A stretch of DNA of 59,581 bases, filler included. It is 8 parts of 8 records of this genome, joined end to end, with 100 filler letters (N's around TTAATTAATTAA, not from the genome) between each part and the next. Parts side by side here need not be neighbours in the genome. Positions count along the whole stretch, not along the records: positions 7,868 to 15,890 come from SRR31147125_105372; positions 15,991 to 21,056 come from SRR31147125_105403; 6 more parts are not named here. One strand, written 5' to 3'. Shown piece by piece: positions 9,468-19,929 of the stretch (its first letter is position 1; each line of letters opens with the position of its first letter). The translations under genes and the position numbers were made by a program. The notes below the pieces were generated by a model. It did not search any database and had not been told where the DNA came from. It worked only from the letters and a program-made list of their open reading frames with translations.

Positions 9468-11347
9468 CTATTCCATCAGTTCCCGGGTCCGGTACAGCAT
9501 CGACAGGAACTCGGCTCTGTAGCCGTGGGGATCATCCCCGAGATTCGCTTTCACTTCGCTGATCAGACTGTCGATATCCACATCTGAAGCGGCGTAGGAG
9601 TCGGCCAGGAGCATTCCCCACTGGGCCACCGCGGCGGAGAACACCTGATCTTCCGAGCGTTCCCTCTCTTTCCGGGCAGCCGAGCCGAGGAGATACTCAT
9701 CGCCGGTGCTTTCAGTTTCACCAGGTTCCTTCCAGCGAAGGGCCAGTACGCCGAATTCGTTGCCGACATCGTCAGCGAGGTCCAGATAGCGGGAATCGGT
9801 TTCGTTCATATTTCCCGATCCAGCGGGTACGATCTCGTACAGGGCGGTGACTGTGTGACCGGCGCCGATCTCACCGGCATCTTTAGTGTCGTCCAGGAAG
9901 TCGCTGGTGGCCAGCATTCTGTTTTCATAGCCGATGAGGCGGTAGGAATCCACCCGAGCGGGATTGAATTCCAGCTGCAGCTTCACATCCGAAGCGATTG
10001 TGTGCAGCGTGGCACCCATTTCCCGAACCAATACTTTCCGGGCTTCGGAGATACCGTCGATGTAGGCGAAGTTGCCGTTGCCCTTATCGGCCAGCAGTTC
10101 CATGGTGGAATCCTGGATGTTGCCGGTACCGAAGCCTAGAACCGTCAGGAAAATGCCCGATGCCCGTTTCTCTTCGATCATCCGGACGAGGGCATCCTCG
10201 GAACTGGCCCCCACATTGAAATCTCCGTCAGTGGCCAGGATGATCCTGTTGTTCGCCCGGGTCGAGAAATTCTCCTCCGCCAGGCTGTAGGCCAGTTCAA
10301 TTCCCGCTCCGCCGGCAGTGGAACCACCGGCTTCCAGACGGTCCAGAGCCTCCATGATGTCGGCCTTCTTGTCTCCGCGGGTCGGTTCGAGAACGACGCC
10401 GGCCGCCCCGGCATACACGACGATGGAGATCCGGTCATCCCGGCCCAGACGATCTACCAGGAGCTCGAAGGAACGTTTGAGCAGGGGAAGCTTGTCATAA
10501 TCGTTCATGGATCCCGACACATCGAGCAGGAACACAAGGTTACTCGGCGGCAGTTCGTCCGCAGGGATCTCCCGGCCCTTGAGTCCGACACGAAGCAGGA
10601 GATTGTCATCCGACCACGGTGCACGGCTGATCTCTGTATTGACGCTGAAGGGTGCGTCCCCGCGGCAGCTGGATAGTCGTAGTCGAAGTAGTTCACCAGC
10701 TCCTCGATACGGACCGCGCCGGCGGGAGGAAGGATGCCGTCGTTCAGGTAGCGGCGGACATTCGCATAGGAGGCGGTATCCACGTCCACCGAGAATGTGG
10801 AAAACGGATCGGTCATGGGCGAGAGGAACACGTTGTCCGATCGGTCGGCGTAGCCTTCGCCGCTCAGATCCCGGTACGCGGGCGGTACGGAAGAGACCCC
10901 GGGAGGAATCAGGAATGATTCGCTGCGGAGAGCTGGTCCTCCTATCTCTGAGAAGCCGAAATTCGCATCGATTTCTTCCTGGGCCATCGGTATCTGCCCC
11001 TCGAGTCCTGCCGGGCCCTCGGGCATCGGCACTGACTTGTGCACTGCCGCGACGTCACTCTCGGCCTTGCCCGCCGGGAAGCGGGACAGAGCCACGCCGA
11101 TACCGAGGACGGCGACCAGTACTGCCGCAGCCGATCCGGAAAGTACCCATCCGATGCGCCGCCGGCGCTTGCGTCCTGCGAAACGTTGCATCAGCTCTTT
11201 CCGCAATTCTCCGCGGAAGGCTTCGTCCTCCACGATTTCAGGACGCTCAATCATCAGGGCCTCCAGTGTCTTCCTCATCTGGTCGGAGGTCATCCCGCCG
11301 TCCGGTTCAAGGGCCATCAATTCATCAACGAGTTTTTCCAGATCCAT
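9468..11347 (-). CDS. Membrane-anchored vWA-domain (YfbK-like) protein, probable anti-sigma factor; frameshift near 10660
   Basis: N-terminal cytoplasmic helical domain, RKRRRR plus TM helix, STFSVDVDTASY..VR.EEL.NYF, MIDAS motif FLLDVSGSM, ILATDGDFNVG; one extra G in a G run joins ORF 10505-11515 to ORF 9468-10535; ATG overlaps the sigma stop (TAATG). Confidence 0.85.
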
Positions 11348-11928
11348 TATGTTCTCCCCGGCCCGCATATATGCGGTGCCTGAAAGACCGAAAGAAGAAG
11401 GGTGATGCCGAAGGTGGAACGAAGACCGGCAATGGTCCGGCTGTAGCTCATCTTGCAGGCCGCCTCGGATTTGCCTGTGATACGGCCGATGTCTCCGAAG
11501 CTCATGCCGTCCCATACTCTCATGATGACCACGTCCCGCCGGTCCTGAGGCAGCGAACCGAGGACCGGTCTGAGCTTCTCCCAGTGGATCCGGTTCTCGG
11601 CATCCACCTCAAAATCGCTGTCGTCCGGCAGATCCCAGAAATCTCCCGAGACTTGAGTGAACCGGATGCTGCGGAAGTGGTCGGCAAGGGTGTTCCTGGC
11701 GATTCTGTAAACCCAGGTGCGGAAACGGCCCTTCTTCGGATTGAAACTGCCGAGTCCCTCGAGGGCTTTCAGGAACACCTGGCTGCAGATATCCTCGGCC
11801 AGCTCCCGCCGGAATACCCGGTGGTAGATGAAACGGTACATCTCGTCAAAAAGAAGGTCATAGAGGGTACCGAAGGATTCGGTGTCCCCTTTTGCCGCTT
11901 TTCCGGCCAGCTGGTCAATCTCGCTCAT
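11347..11928 (-). CDS. ECF RNA polymerase sigma factor
   Basis: AEDICSQVFLKA, FRTWVYRIARN (region 2); region 4 LPQDRRDVVIMRVWDGMSFGDIG. Confidence 0.93.
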   Translation of the reverse strand: MSEIDQLAGKAAKGDTESFGTLYDLLFDEMYRFIYHRVFRRELAEDICSQVFLKALEGLGSFNPKKGRFRTWVYRIARNTLADHFRSIRFTQVSGDFWDLPDDSDFEVDAENRIHWEKLRPVLGSLPQDRRDVVIMRVWDGMSFGDIGRITGKSEAACKMSYSRTIAGLRSTFGITLLLSVFQAPHICGPGRT

Positions 11929-11964
11929 ATCCTCTTGGCTCCCTTTCTTTCGATCATAAGGGCA

Positions 11965-11990
11965 TACGGGGATTCACCGAAAAGGTAACA
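11965..11990 (-). promoter_or_regulatory. Candidate ECF autoregulatory promoter
   Basis: Minus strand TGTTAC-N16-CGTA about 40 nt upstream of the sigma start codon; resembles AAC/CGT-type ECF promoters. Confidence 0.4.
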
Positions 11991-12149
11991 GAAAAAGGAT
12001 ACAGTGCTTCGCAGATTGGGGAAAATCGGATAACCGATGGAGTCCGTGGCTCCAAACCGCTGTTTACGGCCGCGAGAACGGTGATTTCCAGCTGAATTGC
12101 GGCCTTCCCCAATCTGCGAAGCACTGGAGAGGCGCAGACTGTCCGGGAA

Positions 12150-12404
12150 CTAGTCTCGGAACAGGGAGTAGTAATCCGATTCGATTCCTTCCATCCGCTC
12201 CCGGAGCCAGGTTCGGGCATCACTGAGGGCGCTGTCATAGATGCGGCTGCCGAGGGTCTCCAGGAAGAAATCGAGGATCTGCCCGGAGGCGATGATCCCC
12301 AGGTCCTCTCCTCTCTCGATAAGAAAATACTGCGATATCTCGTCCTGGAGTGTGGTCCGTTCCTCATCGGAAAGCTTGATAACGGGCCTGGGTTTACCGG
12401 CCAT
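12150..12404 (-). CDS. DUF2164-family small protein
   Basis: MAGKPRPVIKLSDEERT..YFLIERGEDLGII....LDFF....G..IY..AL.DA; ATG overlaps the upstream stop codon. Confidence 0.8.
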   Translation of the reverse strand: MAGKPRPVIKLSDEERTTLQDEISQYFLIERGEDLGIIASGQILDFFLETLGSRIYDSALSDARTWLRERMEGIESDYYSLFRD

Positions 12405-13915
12405 CAGAACGGACCGAATCCGGTCTTCACCGCAATGGCCAGGAAGACCAGCGAAAACCCGATCATAATGGCCTGGGCCTTGATGGACCACCGGGCCCAG
12501 GTGCCCCAGCCCACGTTGGTGAAGCTCAATCCGATGAGCAGCAGTGCGTTGGTGGGATAGAGGATGTTGGAGAAACCGTCGCCCAGGCTGAAGGCGAACA
12601 CCGCAGTCTGCCGGGTGAGACCCGCCATTTCCGCCAGGGGAATCAGGATGGGCATCATCAGGAAGGCCTTGGCCGACGCACTGGAGACGAAGAAGTTCAT
12701 CAGCAGCGTGACGCCGTAGATCACGAGTACAGCGGCGAAGGGACCGGAGTCCAGGATGGCTTCGCCGGCACGGAAGAGGATGGTGTCCATCACCTTGCCG
12801 GCAGTCATGATATGGGGCACGGCCATGGCCATGAGAATGAGCACCAGGCCGGGCAGGATATTGAGCATGCCGCCGAAGAACTCCTTCGCCAGGGCCCGAC
12901 CTTTCAGACCCGCCCGATGGCCGGCACCCAGTCCGGCGGCCAGGAAAACCAGGGCCAGCAGGGGGAAGGAGAGATCGGAGGCATCGGGATAGATGCCCGT
13001 GGCGGTGAAAGTGGATGCGCCGAGCATCGGGATGATGCCCAGGAGCATGGAACCGCCGAACCAACGGATCGCCCGGGTCATCTCCGGTTTCATGGCCGCA
13101 TCCCGGTCGGCGAGAACCCTGTCTTTCTGATACTGATCGCGGAGGCCGCTGTCGGCTTTGTAACTCAGCGACTTCTCCGGGTTCTTCTCGATCCTGCGGG
13201 CATAGAGCATGGTAGCGCCGAGGGCGACGATGTAGGCGATGAGAAGGAAGAGGATGCGCAGCCAGGCGCCGGAGTTGATGGGCAGTTCGGCCACTTTCTG
13301 CGGTACCTGGACAGTGAAGGGATTGGTGACTGCTGCGGCGAATCCGAAACCCATGGCCAGCAGGCTCATCCCCAGACCGGTCAGGGAGTCCCACCCCAGG
13401 GTGATGGCCAGCGGAACGATGAAGATGACGATGGGGAGCAGCCCCTCGTAGAGTCCGACGAAGGAGGACAGCACCATGATCACCCCGATCACCAGGGCCA
13501 TGAGCAGGTATTTCCGGTCCCAGAATTTCTCCACCGCCCGAACCAGAATGGACTCCATGAGACCGGCCTTCTCGATGATGGTGAAGGATCCGCCCACAAA
13601 GAAAAGGAAGGCGGCGATGACGGCGACGGTGAGGGCGTTGGGCCCCCATAGGACTTCGATCGGAGCTGTCATCCAGCGCCAGATCGGTAAGCTTCCCCGA
13701 AGTTCCGCCGATGCCGCGTCATCCAGGTAGGTGAACGAGCCTTCCACAACGCTGGTCCGGCCGTCGATGTCGATCCGCTGGTATTCGCCGGCGGGAAGTG
13801 TCCTGGTCAGGATACCTGATACGACAATCAGCACCAGGAGGATGCCGCCGGCCAGGGCGAAGGCCCGGGCGCCGATTTTGACGCTGCTCTCTCGTACGCT
13901 GGTGTGGTCGCTCAT
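12404..13915 (-). CDS. YfcC/DcuC-like transporter (amino acid/peptide antiporter family)
   Basis: LPAGEYQR, TNPFTV, SSASAKA..MPILIPLA, GDGFSNILYPTN; many TM helices. Confidence 0.85.
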   Translation of the reverse strand: MSDHTSVRESSVKIGARAFALAGGILLVLIVVSGILTRTLPAGEYQRIDIDGRTSVVEGSFTYLDDAASAELRGSLPIWRWMTAPIEVLWGPNALTVAVIAAFLFFVGGSFTIIEKAGLMESILVRAVEKFWDRKYLLMALVIGVIMVLSSFVGLYEGLLPIVIFIVPLAITLGWDSLTGLGMSLLAMGFGFAAAVTNPFTVQVPQKVAELPINSGAWLRILFLLIAYIVALGATMLYARRIEKNPEKSLSYKADSGLRDQYQKDRVLADRDAAMKPEMTRAIRWFGGSMLLGIIPMLGASTFTATGIYPDASDLSFPLLALVFLAAGLGAGHRAGLKGRALAKEFFGGMLNILPGLVLILMAMAVPHIMTAGKVMDTILFRAGEAILDSGPFAAVLVIYGVTLLMNFFVSSASAKAFLMMPILIPLAEMAGLTRQTAVFAFSLGDGFSNILYPTNALLLIGLSFTNVGWGTWARWSIKAQAIMIGFSLVFLAIAVKTGFGPF

Positions 13916-15264
13916 GCGGGTCCTTCCTTCAGGGCTGCTGTCAGCAGGTCTTCGATGAAATCGATGGATTTCAGCCAGTGTTCCTCACTGACTGATTCGT
14001 TGTCCGAATGGACGGCGGCCATTTCCCGACTGTCCACCATCATGGGGATCATGCGGTAGATGGCGTCGGTCAGGCCGCGGTACCAGCGGGAATCGGTGGT
14101 ACCGGTCATCAGATAAGGAGCGGTGACGGCCCCGGGATAATGGCGGCTCACCAGGCCTTCGAGCATATTCCACCATCGGCCGGATCCTCCCGAAGCGGGA
14201 ACCGGCTCGAACACCGAACCGTCCTGCCGTTCCACGGAGACTCCGCCGTCCACGGCCCGGCTGATGATGCGTTCCACCCGCTCAACGGCTTCGGCCACAG
14301 AATCGCCGGGCAGAAGCCGGAGGTTGACCAAGGCTTCCACTTTGTCCGGCAGGACGTTGTCCCGTTCTCCGCCGCGAACAACCGTCGGCGCCAAGGTGGT
14401 ACGCACCATGGGAGCGGTGGCGGGACTTCCGGAGAACACCCGGGTGATGAGCCGCGGAAACAGACGATGGTTGCGCAGCAGGAGGCCCCGGGGACCTCTG
14501 GCCACCTCTCCCAGGGCGGAGAGCATTCCCGCCGGCGCTTCGGTGAGAACCGGTGCGGCGGGATTGGACTCAAGGGCCGCCAGGGCCCGGGAGAGCCGGC
14601 CGACGGCGCTGTACTTCGGCGGAGCCGAGGCGTGGCCGCTCATCCCGCCGGCGATGATCTTCAGTGTCAGGTAGCCTTTTTCGGCGATACCCACCAGGGC
14701 GACGGGTTTGTCGGTGAAGGCCTTGAGCTGATCCACCGCGATGGCGCCGCCTTCGTCGAGGATGAAGGCGAAGCGGATGCCCCGTTCCTCGAAGAGCTTC
14801 GCCATTCGGCCGGCTCCCCTGACGCCGGTGGTTTCCTCATCGCCGCCGAAGGCGAGGTACAGGCTGCGTTCGGGTCGGAAACCCGCCGTGGAGAGTCGGC
14901 CCACGGCCTCCATCCAGGAGGCGAGCATTCCCTTGTCGTCCAGCGATCCCCGCCCATGGATCCGGCCGTCGGAGATGACGCCGTCGAAGGGCGGGTGCTT
15001 CCAGTCATCGTCGTTTCCGGGAGGCACCACGTCGTAATGGGCCATCCCCAGCACCGGATCCAGATCCGGCCTGGTCCCCTCCCACTTGTAGAGGATGCCC
15101 CGGTTTCCGCAGAGCTCCCGCTCCATGGCCCCATGGGCCTCGGGGAAGATGGCGGCCAGGCGGTCTGGAAAGGACGCGAAGACCGTTTCATCTTCATCGG
15201 CGGAGTAATAGGCGGAAACTGTAGGGATTCGTATGAGTTCGGCGAGACGTTGAGATGCTGACAT
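13912..15264 (-). CDS. M20/M25/M40 metallopeptidase (carboxypeptidase S-like)
   Basis: AHYDVVP, GRGSLDDKG, GDEE, LDEGG, GHAS.PP, GTTDSR, H..NE motifs. Confidence 0.92.
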   Translation of the reverse strand: MSASQRLAELIRIPTVSAYYSADEDETVFASFPDRLAAIFPEAHGAMERELCGNRGILYKWEGTRPDLDPVLGMAHYDVVPPGNDDDWKHPPFDGVISDGRIHGRGSLDDKGMLASWMEAVGRLSTAGFRPERSLYLAFGGDEETTGVRGAGRMAKLFEERGIRFAFILDEGGAIAVDQLKAFTDKPVALVGIAEKGYLTLKIIAGGMSGHASAPPKYSAVGRLSRALAALESNPAAPVLTEAPAGMLSALGEVARGPRGLLLRNHRLFPRLITRVFSGSPATAPMVRTTLAPTVVRGGERDNVLPDKVEALVNLRLLPGDSVAEAVERVERIISRAVDGGVSVERQDGSVFEPVPASGGSGRWWNMLEGLVSRHYPGAVTAPYLMTGTTDSRWYRGLTDAIYRMIPMMVDSREMAAVHSDNESVSEEHWLKSIDFIEDLLTAALKEGPA

Positions 15265-15282
15265 ATCCCGATTATAGGGGTT

Positions 15283-15890
15283 TCAGTCGGCTGCGGGTAT
15301 CCCCGGTTCCTCATCCCGGAAAATCCTGTAGAGCGTCAGATCTCCATCCCCGGGAACCTGCGGTACCGGTGACGGATTCAATTCTCTTAAGGCCTCGGTA
15401 CCGTCGTACCGCGGCCGGGGATTGCCGCTTTCGTCCATGTATACGTTCGGTGTCCAGGCCTCAGCGGCGTCGATCCCGGCTATCTCCATATCCTTCGTCG
15501 GCTGCGTCGAATAAAGGTCGGGATTCCGGGTACGGGCAGCCAGTAGACGGGCCAGGGGATAGATGTCGCCGGCGGATCGGTCGATGCCGCTTTCCCTGTC
15601 TGCCCGGCGGTTTCTGTCAAAGGCCGCGGCAGCCCAGGCCAGGGCGGTTCGGCCCTCTCCATCCCGGGCACCTCCGTCCATCAGTGGCAGAAGGCCGGCG
15701 ACGGCCCGGAGATCTCCAAGCCAGGAAGCCAGCATCAGGAGATTCACGCCGTTTCCATCGATACCGTCGGGTTCGATACCGGCTTCCAGAAGGCGTTCGA
15801 ACACCACCGGTTCGGCGAAGATGATCGCGTGGTACACGGGTGACTGGCTGATGTCGTCAAGTGGAAGACTCCCGTAATCCTCCGCAAAGG
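15283..15890 (-). CDS. Ankyrin-repeat protein (5' truncated)
   Basis: DGNGVNLLMLASWLG and DGEGRTALAWAA ankyrin motifs; frame open toward the contig edge. Confidence 0.7.
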
Positions 15891-15990
15891 NNNNNNNNNN
15901 NNNNNNNNNNNNNNNNNNNNNNNNNNNNNNNNNNTTAATTAATTAANNNNNNNNNNNNNNNNNNNNNNNNNNNNNNNNNNNNNNNNNNNN
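15891..15990. other. Artificial contig linker
   Basis: N44-TTAATTAATTAA-N44. Confidence 0.99.
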
Positions 15991-16788
15991 AGAGTATTTA
16001 ATCTCGACCTACAAGTTCAAAAACCTGATTTTCCAGGACAGTAATTTTTTTGTAAATCGGAAACGGGTCCTGGCCATCGCCCAGGGATTTTTGGACCGGA
16101 ATTTTTCAATTCAGTGGAAAGCCAGCGCCCGTACGGATCAACTATGGAAATTCAGCCATGATGAACTTGCATTACTTGAACGTTCCGGACTGTGCAGCAT
16201 CTTCATCGGAGTTGAGTCAGGTTCGGAAAAAATGCTGAAATTAATGACCAAGGATTCGTCTGCAGAACATGCCGAAAGGACCGTTGCCTGCATTAACCCT
16301 TTCTCCTTTGAGGTCCATGCCTCACTGATTTTTACATTACCAGGGGAAACCGTAGAAGATCTTGAAAAAACCATCCACCATGTCAAACAACTCAAACGCC
16401 TTAACCCAAGGGTAAAATTCCAACAATGTTTTTATTCCCCTTTCCCGGAAACCCCCTTTATGACAAAGCCTTAAAGTTAGGATGGCAGCCACCGGAATCT
16501 TTAGAAAAATGGGCCGATATAAAAGAGCAGACCTCTTTTTCAATTCCGCCATGGTTTGATAAGCAGATATCAAGGCGTTATTCGCAATTGTATAAATCAT
16601 TTTTCAATGCAACGGCAAAAACAGATTTCCATGAAAAAAGAAAATTGAAACCTGAATCTATCCTTATGTTACACCCAAAATTGACTCCGCCCGATAAGGT
16701 ACAATTAAATGCGTCACAAAAAAATTATTACAATCTTATTTTAAGGAAGCAAAACAATGCGAAAGAAAGTAGTCTTATTCTATCCTAA
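15991..16788 (+). CDS. Radical SAM protein, C-terminal part (paralog of the downstream B12-binding radical SAM gene); 5' truncated, frameshift near 16430-16440
   Basis: FQDSNFF, WKASAR.D, SGLCSIFIGVESGS, SLIF.LPGE; one extra base in a homopolymer restores PFPGNPLY. Confidence 0.85.
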
Positions 16789-18079
16789 AATAAATACTTA
16801 CGACGAATATCATTGGTTTCCATTTGCCACATTGATGTTAGGAGCGAGTTTAAAAGCCAACGGATTTGAGGTGATTTCCATTGATCAGAGAATTCAAAGC
16901 AATTGGAAAGATATCTTATTAAAAGAAAGCATGGATGCCATATGTGTTGGCATATCAGCAATGACCGGTTACCAAATAAAAGGGGCATTCCAAGCATCAA
17001 AACTAATCAAAGACAACACTGAGACGACGGTGATCTGGGGAGGCAGACATCCAACCTTAATGCCGGAACAGACCATTGCCAATCGCCTAATTGATATTGT
17101 CGTCATCGGCAATGGTGAAAATGCAATTGTCGAATTGGCTACGGCCATCTATAACCAAAATGAAATAGACAATGTGGATGGCGTCATGTTCAGGCGCGGG
17201 AACAAAATAATAAAAACCGGTGATAACAAAAATATTGTAAAAAATAAGCAAAGATATGATTTCAGCCTGATCGACGTTAACGACTACATCAACCCGGAAA
17301 CCAAGGCCATGTCTTATTTTTCCAGTTTTGGCTGCCCAGGCAGATGTGGTTTTTGTACAAACTCATATTTCAGAGAAAAATGGATACCTCTGGAAGTAGA
17401 TACAGTAATTGATGACATCGAGTATCTGGTTAAAAATTTTGGTTTTGAAATCATGTTTTTTCAGGACAGCAATTTTTTCGCCAGTATAAAAAGGGTGAGG
17501 GCAATTGCCCAGGGTTTTATCGACCGAAACATTAAAATCAAATGGAAAACCAGTGCGAGAATCGACAGGCTGGCTCGAACAAATAAAGAAGACTTTGATC
17601 TTTTTGTCAAATCAGGACTCTGCAGCTTGTTCATCGGAGTTGAATCCGGGTCTCAAAGAATGCTGGATCTGATGTCAAAAGACACCAAAGTAGAACAGAT
17701 TTATACCGCATTTAAAAAGTTAAAAGACTTTGATATTGAAGTGCACTCTTCTTTAATATTCGGTTTACCCAATGAGGAACTGAATGACCTGGATGACACC
17801 ATAAAAGTAGTAACTGATCTAAAAAATATTAATGAAAACTCAAAATTTCAAACTTGTTTTTTCACCCCATACCCTGGAACGCCTCTGTTTGACATGGCAT
17901 TGGAAAAAGGCTATGAACCACCTGACAGCCTGGAAGGGTGGTCCGAAATTGAAGATCAGACTGTTTTCAAATTGGGTCCCTGGGTCAATGACAACATTAA
18001 AACGGAATACAAAACCAAATTCAAAGCAGCGTTCCAAAAAAGCTATAGCAGTGATTTTAAAGGGCTGAATAAAAATTGA
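16757..18079 (+). CDS. B12-binding-domain radical SAM protein (class B methyltransferase-like)
   Basis: N-terminal cobalamin-binding domain (VGISAMTG, WGGRHPT, VVIGNGE), CPGRCGFC radical SAM motif, GVESGS, TPYPGT. Confidence 0.93.
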   Translation: MRKKVVLFYPKINTYDEYHWFPFATLMLGASLKANGFEVISIDQRIQSNWKDILLKESMDAICVGISAMTGYQIKGAFQASKLIKDNTETTVIWGGRHPTLMPEQTIANRLIDIVVIGNGENAIVELATAIYNQNEIDNVDGVMFRRGNKIIKTGDNKNIVKNKQRYDFSLIDVNDYINPETKAMSYFSSFGCPGRCGFCTNSYFREKWIPLEVDTVIDDIEYLVKNFGFEIMFFQDSNFFASIKRVRAIAQGFIDRNIKIKWKTSARIDRLARTNKEDFDLFVKSGLCSLFIGVESGSQRMLDLMSKDTKVEQIYTAFKKLKDFDIEVHSSLIFGLPNEELNDLDDTIKVVTDLKNINENSKFQTCFFTPYPGTPLFDMALEKGYEPPDSLEGWSEIEDQTVFKLGPWVNDNIKTEYKTKFKAAFQKSYSSDFKGLNKN

Positions 18080-18630
18080 ATAAAGATGTCATAAAAAAAT
18101 GGGGACTGTATGAATATCCTTCAGAATCAATAATAAGAATATCTAAAAGGTTATTCACAGAAAAATCAACGATTCTGGATTTTGGCTGTGGTGGTGGCAG
18201 GCATTTTTTGTACTTAAACAAAACGCATAATGCTTATGCCTGTGATAAATATATAGAGCTTGTGAATTACGTAAAATCCAAAACAGACGAGAGCCACAAA
18301 GTTTTTTTATACAAAGATGAGTTCTTGCTGGAAGATAATTCCCTGGATGGTATTCTGGTTTGCGGTGTTTTTGAATATATGTCAAAAAAGGAAACTGCCA
18401 TTTTTTTTAAAGAAGCAAAAAGATGCTTAAAACCTGACGGCTCAATTTTGATAACCCTGACCGAAAGCTCCACAAAACCGACCTTTGAACACGAATATAC
18501 GGATTTTGACGATGTTCAAAACAATAAAGTATTTCTCTCGAATTTGAAAAATTTGAAAATTGGGTATGAAGATTTTGAATTTGATACCATGAAATTGAAA
18601 AGATATATTTTAACGGGTCAAATCAAGTAA
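18076..18630 (+). CDS. Class I SAM-dependent methyltransferase
   Basis: ILDFGCGGGRH motif I, RCLKPDG; TTG start overlapping the upstream stop. Confidence 0.85.
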   Translation: MNKDVIKKWGLYEYPSESIIRISKRLFTEKSTILDFGCGGGRHFLYLNKTHNAYACDKYIELVNYVKSKTDESHKVFLYKDEFLLEDNSLDGILVCGVFEYMSKKETAIFFKEAKRCLKPDGSILITLTESSTKPTFEHEYTDFDDVQNNKVFLSNLKNLKIGYEDFEFDTMKLKRYILTGQIK

Positions 18631-18650
18631 CACCGATTCTCTTACAGGCG

Positions 18651-18835
18651 CTTTGCTGGTATGAGTGCTGCTGAGCGGCCATCGCCTTGAATGGCGTGGA
18701 TTGTTCAATTCACGGGACCTAAGCCCCCACATCCGGTAATACGCAGGACTAAAAGCGCCCCCTGTGTCGAGGCCAGATCTCACGGGGGCGTATTAAGATG
18801 CGGAAATGGCCGTCAGCAAAGGGACTTTACGGATG
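18651..18835. repeat. Structured GC-rich intergenic element (MITE/REP-like) between convergent genes
   Basis: Outer IR TGCTGA(G)CGGCCAT 18669-18682 / ATGGCCGTCAGCA 18806-18818; inner IR CGCCCCC(T)GTG 18756-18766 / CACGGGGGCG 18781-18790; GC-rich within an AT-rich context. Confidence 0.45.
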
Positions 18836-18849
18836 GGCCGGGCTTAAAC

Positions 18850-19917
18850 TCATTTCTTACGTTTGTACAAACGAAGCTGTGAATGAAATCCATCTACTGT
18901 TAAATATCCAAAAGGTTCACAGCAAGTGGCTATCAGGTCGTAATCAGGCAGAAAATCGTCGTATGCATCACCTAAAATCGGCGTTTCAACGCCAATGGGA
19001 TTTGAACTGGTTTTTAGCTGTTTTCCCTCCAGCATATTTCTAAGCAGCACGTAGGTTGACCCCAGCCTGCTGACATGTGACAGGTAGTTTTTCACAATCT
19101 CCGGCTCCATTTCCTGAAACGAAATAAAATTAACGAAAAGATCAACTTTACCCGTCAAATGCGGTAATTGCCACGGACAAAGCACTGCTGCTTTATAATC
19201 AGTGGTCAACCGGCGGATGTCAATTTTTCCCAATTTACGGCTGGATATGTAGTCACAAACATGTTGATTTCCTAAAACCTGTTGCAGATAATAGGTTGAA
19301 AAAAATGCAGTGGGGGGGATATCAACGTTAATATATGTACATTGATTTTTAGGCTCCTGAATCAGAATTTCACCCAGTGTTCCGTACCCCCCGCCAATCT
19401 CAAGTACAGTTGAAATAGCGCTGCAATCACAGTGTTTTTTCAAAAAGGACAAGCCGAGCAGATAATTCAAAAAGGACCGGCTAAAACGACGACCGTCAAA
19501 CTCAAACTGCTCATGGGGGTTACCAATAACCGACTCACTTGCAGAACCAATATACAAAGGCCCATCCGTGTGAGCTGATATATAAACCCTGTAGTCATTT
19601 TTTGCGGCCAATTGACCGTTTAGAAACTGTGCCATGCTCAATTGCAGTTTCGGAGAATCGGAAATCGCAGTTTTCAGGGAATTAAAAACGGGTTCGTATT
19701 CAGAAGGATTTTCGTTAAAACCAGGAAACCCATATTCTGGAATAAAAAAATCCAATGCCGTTTTCATTCTTCTAAAGTTCTCTATTTTTGCAGTCTCCAA
19801 CTCCACAAGGATCTGTCCGGCACCTTCCTGCCAAAAACTGGTTGGACGATATTCTTCTGGCGCATTTTCCATATCCTTAAGCATTAAATCTACAATTTCA
19901 TATCTGGATCTGTTCAT
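18850..19917 (-). CDS. Putative sugar O-methyltransferase
   Basis: YRPTSFW N-terminus, ES.IGNP, VLEIGGGYG, VDIPP, DLFVNFISFQEM motifs typical of this glycan-locus family. Confidence 0.8.
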   Translation of the reverse strand: MNRSRYEIVDLMLKDMENAPEEYRPTSFWQEGAGQILVELETAKIENFRRMKTALDFFIPEYGFPGFNENPSEYEPVFNSLKTAISDSPKLQLSMAQFLNGQLAAKNDYRVYISAHTDGPLYIGSASESVIGNPHEQFEFDGRRFSRSFLNYLLGLSFLKKHCDCSAISTVLEIGGGYGTLGEILIQEPKNQCTYINVDIPPTAFFSTYYLQQVLGNQHVCDYISSRKLGKIDIRRLTTDYKAAVLCPWQLPHLTGKVDLFVNFISFQEMEPEIVKNYLSHVSRLGSTYVLLRNMLEGKQLKTSSNPIGVETPILGDAYDDFLPDYDLIATCCEPFGYLTVDGFHSQLRLYKRKK

Positions 19918-19929
19918 TAATTTCCCTCA

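Noticed and set aside
12405-13649. 499-aa ORF 12150-13649 as one protein
   Set aside because: Only the last 84 aa (DUF2164) look real; the rest is an alternate frame of the YfcC gene.
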